From the NCBI GenBank assembly GCA_965655095.1, contig OZ296654.1, positions 57,288,001-57,352,000 of the forward strand: DNA of 64,000 nt, given 5' to 3'. The notes beneath the pieces were generated by a model. It ran no database searches, had not been told where the DNA came from, and saw nothing but the letters and a program-made list of their open reading frames with translations. A program made the translations under genes and the position numbers. The DNA is from Haplodiscus bocki (Eukaryota). This document shows positions 50,295 through 60,022 of this stretch, piece after piece (the stretch's first letter is position 1; each line of letters starts with the position of its first letter).

Positions 50295-52350
50295 GAGTCA
50301 GTTAGTGACTCTGACGGAACGATAGTGAGCTTTGCAACCTTAATTGTTCAAATTATTGCATAACTCTATTGTTTTTTGTCTACAATAGTTTTTTAACATC
50401 CCAAAGATGCTTCTGTAATCTTTTGCATAGTAATATCATGATTACCAGATCTTAACAGATAATTCTCACTTTGCTTTTGGTGTTCCTTTTCATGGAGGCA
50501 ACTATGAAACGCTCCAATTGGCAAGCTACTTCTTACTGGTTTTGTAATCTCTTTCAAAGTAGTTTTACTAGTTTTACCACACCCAAAAGTAGTTGCTTTG
50601 CAGCTCAATCAAATTCATTCAGCCAAAAGCTCTCATCTGTTTCCATTTTACATTTACCAGTAAATATTTCATTCTCATCACTAAAAAAAGTATTCTTTGT
50701 TGAAAAAGTAGAGTCAACTAAATCTTCAAGAGTTCTTAAAACGTTAACAATATCATCAGTATTTAAACTTAATGTGAAACTATCTGTATCGATGTAATGA
50801 AATTGTTTGTTTTGGTGACCAAAATGTGGCCCAAATAGATCAGAAAAAACTACATATTTCAACAATTCTTATAGTTTTAGTATGGTGTACCTTCAATAGT
50901 ATGGTTCATTCATTACAATCTTTTTTTTTCATCACATAACCAAGTAAAGTTTATCTTAAAAATTATGAATTCCATCAAAAGTTAATTGAGAATGGCGTCT
51001 AATCATTTTCTTCGTCTCTTTTTTTTCAATGAAATCTATTTTAACCCGGCCTCTAACATCTTTCATTCTTTTATGTTGTAGTGTGAATTATTTTTTCAAA
51101 ATCACTCGATAACTGCATAAATCCTAATTTATGTCGACATTTTGTAAATTTCCTTTTCCATTTTATAACATGTTCACTGCAAAACCTTATATCTACATTT
51201 TTGTTTTCTCTCACATGTTTGGTGGTCTTTTGTTATTACTTCGTCAGATGAAAAATAACTTATCCACTTTCGACAAGTAAAATTACATCATCTGTTACCA
51301 ATAAAACATTGTAATTTTTTAAGTTGTAAGTAGTAATTTCTATAAAATATTAGGTCAGATACGCCATTTTCTCTTTTCGTCTTAAAATTAGTAATCGCAA
51401 GTGATAATAGTTTACACTCCCAATTAAAAGTTTGTATGACCCCAAAAGACAAAAATATTTATAGTGTAAAGTTGTTAAAATGTTTTTTCTCCCATTTTTT
51501 CTAACTTGACTGCTTTTGAGCAGAGTGCTAAAATCAAATTCATTGGTGTCTAACTCACCTTAAAATGGTACAAAACTAGAAACATTGTTTGAATTCCTAT
51601 TTGCAGGATGGTATAGACCAGAACAGACGATGGGAAACGTTTTTCATCAATGTTTTCGATATTCAAGAAAGCAGATGTAGAATAAAATTGTAATTTTATA
51701 TGTGTTCCTTCTCTCAAATCTTCAGTTTTTGAAAAATATATTATCTTTGAAAACAATTTAATAAAAATCAACCCAGAACTCTTTCGGCTCAAGGTTTTGT
51801 ATACGGCTTGAAACATCTGACTTGTGTAACATTGAGTTCTGTTGACTTTTTAAAATGAGAAACGTCTCTATTTTTTGCTCTCTGTTGTCTTCAAAAAAAT
51901 TTGTAGACTGTGCTGAAAATTTTATTTGAGATTTGAAATCCGATTGATTAAATAATCTAGAATATATGTCTGCCATTTCACTGTAAAGTCTTTTGAGACA
52001 ATCTTGTAAACTATTTTAAAAATTTGGTTTTTTATTTAATTTCGAAGTTGCGTAAGAAATATCGTTGAAAATATTTTCAAAAAAAGATTCTCCCTCGAAA
52101 ATTTTATCAGAAAGTAGTGGATGTTTATCAATTTTGTAGCCATTCTTTCTAGTTATTCTTCTGGTCAATCTAACTTCTCTTTAGCTAATTGAAATAAAGT
52201 TTTGGGTTGCTTTACATGTAATTTTGTCTGTGATTCTGCTTCCGCTTGCTGGTCCTAAATCTTAAAACGTGTAATAAATTTCATATGTTTACGAAAAGAG
52301 TTTTTATGAATACTAACATTACAGTTTCTACTTCTTCTATGATTTTCATT
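50295..52350 (-). pseudogene. pPolB with large internal deletion
   Basis: Motif C 'HYIDTDSFTLSL' (ORF 50605..50865); N-terminal 'FLNIENIDEKRFPSSVL' (ORF 51550..51816). Confidence 0.8.
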
Positions 52351-52499
52351 TAATATGTTTTGGGTCTCTGTTCTATTGAAACTCTCAAAAAATCATTTTA
52401 CCTAAACTATGTTTAGCGCCTGATTGTATATGGATATCTTTATTGCACATTTGTACATGATATCCTTAAGGCTTGCCTTTTTTTAGCACAAACTACCTG

Positions 52500-53135
52500 A
52501 AAACATTTCAATTTTGCATTCATTTATACGATTAATTGTTGATTTAATGGATTGTTAATCCAAATGTTTGCAAAGCAATCAATTGTTAATTGAAACCCAA
52601 TGCTGCCAGCTAGGAAAGGATGGATTTCAACTCTCAGCTAAAGAGTGAACGGTTGCTGGGTTTTCAGACAATTTTCCTCAATTTCTCATAGCCAATCGTG
52701 GAATACGTATTTATGATAATGTGAAAGCTTCATTTATGATAGATTTGAAAAAAATTTGAATGTTACTATCAATATTTCAATGGATTTGTATCCAAAATTT
52801 TTGTATTCATAATTCTTTTTTGCAATCTATCGAATTGTGACGATAGAAGATTAGAATCCCTATATATCGAAAAATAAACTTTTTCACCTGATGTCTTCTG
52901 TTCGAATTTTATATTTTATTCACATCCATACTCGAAAGTAGGGAAAAATTCCCGTTTACAATCTTCAAAAACATCACTGAATATATTGTCTATTTGAGCA
53001 AGTTCTGGATTATGAAATGCGTATCTTTCAACGATGAAAGCAAATCATTTTGTGCGTTTATGAATAGTGGAGTTGATATGTGTAATTTTACTATGAAGAT
53101 TCATGTTTTAATTACATAAACTACAATATCATGTT
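52500..53135 (-). pseudogene. C2H2 zinc-finger protein
   Basis: 'YCSLCN*..NLHSKITHINSTIHKR', homolog of 31486-31985. Confidence 0.55.
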
Positions 53136-53279
53136 CTTCTACTGTTTTTGTTCGCAATAACGACTCTAGGCGAGGCTTGCCTGTTTGTCATTTATACACT
53201 ACAAAACTACTGAAATCTTTATGAATTTTTTGTCCAAATATGCGTTCATTTGTCGAATAAAAGACAGGTTTTTACACTT

Positions 53280-53866
53280 TTAATTTTCACTTAATTTTTT
53301 TTCAAACTTTTGATTTTTCAGTTTTTTATACTTTAATTGTTTCTGCCCTCTAGTTTTTTTTGACTTTTCAAAGTTTAATGTTCTTTAACCATCATTCCTG
53401 TGTACTCCCATTGTTATAGTTATTCTAAACTTATTTTTTTTTCAATTTGCAGTATTTAATAAATCGCGTACTGGTCAAGTTGATGGTATGTATTCAATTC
53501 ACATTGTTTTTTTTGGCTCCCGCTTACAACGGAAAAGTCCACGTTCATTTATTTTTCAATTCTATGTTCACATGTTTTTTACGGACCATATCTTATGGAA
53601 AAATGATGCCCCTAATATAAAACGTCCTACTCTTGAGATGAACACGTCCTACATCTGATATGAATTACATTTGTAATAATTCGGATGTGATTCATAAAAA
53701 AACGTCCTAAATGTGAGCTAAATTACAAAAAAAGCGGTTTTTCCGGTCCGAGTAATAAAAATACTCCTTTTCTAGTTTTACAGAAAAAAATGTTGATTAT
53801 TCAATTGTTTCAAATCACAGGTTAACGTCCACTTGTCTGGTGTTATTGGCATTTATTAACACTACT
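53280..53866 (-). repeat. Right TIR ending in ACTACT (5'-AGTAGT on minus)
   Basis: Reverse complement of the left TIR (about 65-70% by eye); actact at 53861-53866. Confidence 0.8.
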
Positions 53867-55749
53867 TTTGGGTTAAACTGTGATGCCCAAAAAGTGGTCT
53901 TATATCCTACGAAGGATCAATTCCAACCCCAGTACATTAAACATGTACCACAAGACCAGCGACTCATAAACCTTGGTCGACATTTTGGCTGGAATTTTCG
54001 TACGATAACGGCAGATCGGCGGAAAAAATCGGAACTCTTCCTAGAAAAAAAACAGCGATTACAAGCGTTTATTCAAAAAATAAGAGCAATTAGAGCCGTT
54101 CCTTGGAAATTTCTCTCGATAAATTGCCACCCATACCTAAGAATAAAGACGGAGGACTTCGAATCGCTACAATCTTAGCAGATAATTGCTGACAGATTTT
54201 TTCGCCGCTGTCGTTCAACATTAACAGCAACAGTCTTCAGTTTTGTAACTCTTCCACTAGCTTACTCAAAAGAAAGTAAAGACGGAGAATAATTTGTCGA
54301 TCAATCTTCACCCCACAAATACAATTGGAGCTAATGGATGTGAATTTCCTTTTTTTCTATCAGAATGGATTTCGCCACCATTTTCACGGAAGAGTTTATA
54401 AATATTGACTTCAGTTTGTAGAAGTCTTGCTGAAACTGACTGTAACAAAGAAAATTTTGAGAAAAATCTTCACTTTTTTCGGATCTCAGTTAGTGTATTC
54501 AGTGTTTCCTTCCTTTCCTATAAACTCAGACTGGAATCCGAAAAGCTCAGAAGGAAAAGGTAGCAAGGAAACACTGAAATTAAATGAAGAAACAAAAAGA
54601 AATAATTGTTCTCAAACCCGTTGAAAAGTTGATGAAATTGCACCAATCTCATGAAAGTCACCCCAAGAAACATACAAAAAACCTCAACTTGACGGTTTCT
54701 ATTGTTTCAGTTCCGACTTCTTCGCACACAATATTGCGCAGAAATTGGCTGAAAAAAGCCAAAAAAAATCAGCAATGACCAAGCCCATATCTAGTTGAGG
54801 TTGAGAGTAACAGCGTTGAGATATCTCTTTGAAACTTTTTTTAAATCAACAGATCTCAAAAATTGAAAACAGAAATGAAACTCTCGATAGACGCAAATAA
54901 TTTTGCATAAAACAGACAGCCTTACAATTTGAACACCTTTTACCATAGAAACGAAGTAGACTTTTTGGTAATTATACTTTTCAGAACTAATTGAATAGTG
55001 TTTTTTCGAATAGACCGCTAGGTGGAAACTCCCATGCACCATCCAGCCATGACGTCAAACCTGAGTTTTCTGTAGATCGAGATTTTGATCAATCTGTCTG
55101 TTGGCCTCTGCCTCTTCAACCTTCCCAATTAGCTAGCCTGCATGGAGCACCACTTTGACCTCCGGAGGTAGCACACCCATCCACAATGTCCTCTGTCAGC
55201 TCCCCTGAGCGCGAGTTTATAGAGACCTCTGTCAATTTAGGCTGACTTTTCGTCGAGGCACGCGAGGCATTGTTTTCGTGTTTGGAATGCTCCGCAGACG
55301 AATTCATTTGCAAAGTCACAAAGTGCTGCGCGTGATTTTCTTCACTGTCACGGGAAAACAACACATAACACATTGGTCAATACATCGAGCAATCCTTGCA
55401 TTTTATCCAGTTAATAAATTTATCACGGGAGACAAGAATATGATGTAATGGCAGAAGATTTGAAGGAAGTTACCAAGAGAACAAGATCTAATGGAATAAG
55501 ACCAAAGGGGTAAGATCTAATGTATCAGATTCTTCCACAGTAGGACATCTTTTTGTTCGAGAAAAACAAAATGAATGGCCAAAATCAACTACCTTTTGAA
55601 ATTTATTAAGATCGATGAATTTCTTCAAATGCCTTGAACACAAAAATGTTAAGATATCACAAAATTTGACAAAGTGAAACAAGTTGAAAATGAATTTCAT
55701 CAAGATTAAAGCATTGGGAAACGTGAAAAATTGTTTCAAAAATGGCTAA

Positions 55750-56112
55750 ATCAATCGTTAAGTTCTTAGATAATCGACATCGACATAACTGACAGTTTTT
55801 TTCTTGACACTCTTGGTACAAATCATGTCTTCGTGGTTGGACAAGGTGGGTAACAGGATTCTCACCACAGTCTGAGCACAAATTAAAAACTTCTTCATCA
55901 TCTTAATCACAAAATGGATCAGTTTCCTCACATATATCGTCATCTAAAACAATGCGAGCATTAGTCTCTTCCTCTTCTTCCAACTCGGACAATTCCATCG
56001 TTCCGAAAGACTCATCGCTGGCCCCACCGACGCGAACAAGTAACCCCGCGGTATTTATTTGCTCAGAGAGGTGTGCAAAATGTACCTGCTTTGTTTTTAT
56101 TTTCACTCTCAA
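55750..56112 (-). pseudogene. Degenerate RING-HC finger preceded by an acidic tract
   Basis: ORF 55657..55881 'CSDCGENPVTHLVQPRRHDLYQECQEKNCQLCR' has C3HC4 spacing with two Cys lost; the acidic ORF 55903..56112 lies upstream. Confidence 0.45.
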
Positions 56113-57072
56113 CTTTTGGTGACTTCGGACATTTCTGGTTTACATTGGTATTCAATGAGTAAATAAAAAGGTTGTCTTGGATGGAAGTTGTGCCTATACA
56201 GCCATCTGATCAGCGATGGCATCTTAGTTTTGTGAAGAAATCGGCGTCCTTTTTAAAAATAAAACCTCCATGGAAAAAAGAGAATGAAACCTTACGTTTG
56301 CAATCTATTCTCTCAAACTTTGACATTGCTTCCAGGAAAACTTACAAAAAATCACACAAAGTGACTGTTTAAGGAAAAAATAGATGTTATTCCATAAAAT
56401 ATCATTCCAATTTACATCTCATTCCACCACTGTGCAACTGAGCGTGTCAAAATTTTAGATCTTATTCCATCATATCTTATTCCAAACTCCGCGATGGACC
56501 CTCGTTGAACCATTGCTGACCAAAATGATGCGCCATGGGATCGCCACGGCCGGAGGCCCGGCAATTGGCGGACAAGCAATCAAACAGAAACTAGTAAAAA
56601 CCGGACAAAAAGCAGAAGCAGAAATGGAGTGAAAACGATTGAAAGCTTCTATTTGATTGATCTTTGAAAAACCACGGTAAAGTTATCGGCTTGCAATGAA
56701 CAGCTATACTCGCATAGTTTATTGTGCTTTTTGATATGTCTGCCTATAGCCTGCTCTGCATTACGCACTATCTCCGCCACGGCCATTGATGGGCCCCTAA
56801 GAATGCCATGACCATCGGTGGAAGTCAATGCAATCTCAGTAAGGGTACGCGTTTTTCGATAACAGTATCAAAAGAAAACCGGTTCCTTCTTGTAAGATGT
56901 CGGCGGGAGTAACGGTTTTTCGTTGGCAAATAGCGGCGGTCAACCTCAATTCTCAAGAGAAGTTCTAAGACAACGGCGCATCGGTGGTTCTGAGAAGATT
57001 AGCGGCGGTACCAGCGGGATTAAAGGCGATCTTAGAAAAATGAAGTCGAATTTTAAAAAAATTGACCCGGGT

Positions 57073-57259
57073 ACACTGTCAAACTGACGCGTGCAAATTT
57101 ACATGCGATGGCTGCAAGTAAAATGGTCCGCAGGTAGAATTGCATGCGGATGCAGACAAAAATCTCCGCAGGTAACAATTGCCCGCGGTTTCCGAAGGTA
57201 ACTGGCGAATAATTACCTGCGCCCGCAGGTAATTTACGTGAAGCTTTTTTCATAGGTGT
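57073..57259. mobile_element. Small MITE-like element with internal CGCAGGTAA repeats
   Basis: ACAC...GTGT ends; several ccgcaggta/ttacctgcg units in both orientations; GC-rich island. Confidence 0.45.
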
Positions 57260-59291
57260 GAGCGCGGATTCTTCCAAACCTAGGGAAAATCCCTCTGCAA
57301 ACACTTTAACCAAAGTAACCACTTGCTGCCTTTGAAGTCAATGGTAAACCATTCAAGTTTGATTCTGTTCCAAGAATTTGGACTATTCCTTGTTGGCTCT
57401 TCAAACCGTTATCCAAAAAACACAGCTCACTGAAAAAATTTTCACTACAATCAAAATGAGCGGGAACTGGCTGTTGTCACATTCCCGGTTTTTCTCTCAT
57501 GCTGAATGAAGGAAAGATAACAACCAGAGGTAGGAGTTGGTCTTGAAAAGCACTTGAAACGCAGTGCAATTTCGATGAACAATTCTGATTTTCTTTTTAA
57601 AATATTGGATGGTAACTGAAGGTAAAAACGCGTTGCATATGGTAGGGGAATAAAACCAATTTCTTGTAAACTTATCTAAAATTTTCCAATCTTCATTATA
57701 CTAGAAATAACATTAGCCTATTTTAAGCGTTTTTCTGAGGAAATCAAAATTTTTCGAAAAGTCTTTATTTTCGAGTTAATTAAATTTTCACACAAATCAT
57801 TAGTTTAGAAATTTGAAAAAATTTAGGAAAATCCATAATCATTGAATGCGAACATAGCAAACAAAAAAAATACTGTTTCATTCCCCTCTTACTCTTTTCC
57901 ATAGATTTGGTAGAATTTTATATGACATACTTTTTGGATTTTTCAGCTTTTTCAGAACCTTTTTTTCATATTATCTTTCAAAAATGTGCCTAATAATTCA
58001 ATATTTTTATTTTTGTCATCCCCATTATAATTTTCATGAACTTCTAATGACTGTTTCGGATCAGCTTTTTATTTTCATAGTGTGAAATCATCTGTTTAGC
58101 CACATTCTACGTTGTTCTCTTTTCTTTTTTTTGCCAATTCGGTTTTGTAAAATTTCTTCTTTGGTTGTTTCTTTGGACGGGATGCCACTACCACTTTCTG
58201 CGATATCGTTGATTTTATTTTCATCTTGTTTCATTTGTCACACATTTTTTTCCATTTGACAATTGAATAACAATTGTAACTTTTCCGGATAAACCGAAAA
58301 ATGTTTTGATTTGGTGTTTCTTTTTTGAAACGAGTCACTTCACGTCAACTCCTTTGATGTAACACTTTTTAGTCTCTTTATTCTTGCAACTTTCAATATT
58401 AGTTTTCTCCTCTTCATTTTTGAGCAGTTTTATTGCTTGGGATGGTGTATTCCTTTTGTTTCCATTTGTTTACACACTGCAAGTTTCAAAGCTTGAATGA
58501 GTTCCAAATGCGGATAGAACTATTGGCAAGTTTTTTTTCTTTTTATATTTTTCTTGATTTTTCTGAAAATTTTATGAACATACCTTCATCTAAAAATTGT
58601 CTTTTGTAATTATCCTGAGGAATCGCAAATCTTTGTTTATTAGTAGTCTTCATTTATTTTGTATTATGTAGCGAAGATGTCTTTGTTACTTTTTCAAGTG
58701 AAGTAATTGAAAACTAAGCTCATTTGAACACAAAGGCTACCTATAGAAATGGGAATGGAAATAGGAAGAAAAACATATTTTATTACAGATACATTTACAT
58801 AACGATGTGGTCTTTCCATATAAAGATGGTTTTCCTAATAGCACACTGTCAGTTGCTTTTCTTCGTAAACTTTCATCAAGAAACCCACATAAACTTTTCT
58901 TTGTTGATTTTGAATACCTAGTATCCTTTTTATTTGTAATGGTGATCTTAATTTTAAAATTCTGACCTGTGAGTAAATTATATACACAGTCTAGATATTC
59001 ATTGAACTTCCCAAATTTTAACGTTACTTCTGTTACCACTTTAGGTTTTTCAGTAACATCAACTCTACTTCTGTTTGTGCAAACTTTCGGTTTGAAGGCA
59101 CAATTTTCTTCAATTGAGTTTGATTTTCATTAGGTGCTTCTTTTTAAAACTTCTTGAAATTTTCATTTTTGTTACTGTGAAGTTCCTGTTTTGTATTCGA
59201 GTCATTAAAATCAAACAAACCAAAGTCCTGTAAATTTTTAGATACTTAAGTAGTAGATGGCGGAGTTGATCAGACGGGGGGGGGAGACCCT

Positions 59292-59600
59292 CCATGTATT
59301 AGGATAGGCTATAGCAGCCGACTCGTGCCCAGAGCCGAGAAGGGATTCCCGGCCATGTATTAAGATAGGGTATGTTTCGCCAATGTATGAAGATATGCGA
59401 TAGGATATTAAGATAGGGTATAGTTTCGGCAATGTATTATGATAGGGTATAGTTTCAGCAATGTATTAAGATAGGGCATAGCTTCGGTAAGGTATTAAGT
59501 TAGGGTATAGTTTCGGCAATGTATTAAGACAGTGTTTTTGGTAAAGTATGAGGATATGCAATGGTCTCGCAATGTATCAAAATATGGAATAGGGTACTTT
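59292..59600. repeat. Subterminal tandem array, about 29-bp unit CAATGTATTAAGATAGGGTATAGTTTCGG
   Basis: About 8-9 variably degenerate units; the best-preserved run lies at about 59404-59533. Confidence 0.9.
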
Positions 59601-59820
59601 CGGTACTGTGCGGTAATTTTCGGCACTGTGAAATTTTTCGTCGATTTTTTGACCCACCCGCGCCCGCCGCCGGATAATTATTCCGCCGCCTGTCGTCCGC
59701 TGACGCTCCCTTATACTTATTCTGCCGGCACATAATTTTTTCCGCCGCCGGATTTTTTTCCCCCCAATTAGTATAATGTGAGCAGATGTGGGGGGGGGGG
59801 AGAGGGGGGAAAGAATAGGA

Positions 59821-59889
59821 CCAGTCAGCGGGATTCGAACCTGCGCGGTCGGAGTGCTGGACGGCATAACTTTTTTTGTGATTGAGCTA
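59821..59889 (-). promoter_or_regulatory. tRNA-derived Pol III type-2 promoter cassette (A box + B box)
   Basis: Minus strand TAGCTCAAT (59889-59881) and GGTTCGAATCC (59841-59831); the 3' part CCGCGCAGGTTCGAATCCCGCTGACT resembles a eukaryotic tRNA-Ser T-arm/acceptor; no intact cloverleaf. Confidence 0.55.
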
Positions 59890-60022
59890 TGTAAAAGGAT
59901 TGTGGTGAAGTTTTAAAAAGTTAATTAGCTAGTAGTTTCAGAGATTGACACGTAATAAAAAGACTTAGAATAGCTTCAACTTTGATATCAAAAAACAATT
60001 ACTATGCGTGAAAAAAAATGGT

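Larger units (their letters stand above)
40430..53866. mobile_element. Near-complete degenerate Polinton/Maverick, about 13.4 kb, TIR-bounded
   Basis: Inverted repeats at both ends, right end ...ACTACT-3'. Internal remnants: HTH, protease, two pentons, small proteins, ATPase and MCP on plus; integrase, pPolB and Zn finger on minus. Confidence 0.8.

Noticed and set aside
55030-55373. Possible host exon (GC-richer, ORF 55116..55373)
   Set aside because: No recognisable domain, convincing splice structure or partner exons.
59292-59600. CRISPR array
   Set aside because: Units are mostly contiguous with no regular unique spacers, there are no cas genes, and the context is a eukaryotic Polinton terminus.
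59821-59889. Functional tRNA gene
   Set aside because: Only the T-arm/3' acceptor side and an A box are recognisable; there is no pairing 5' acceptor strand or anticodon arm.
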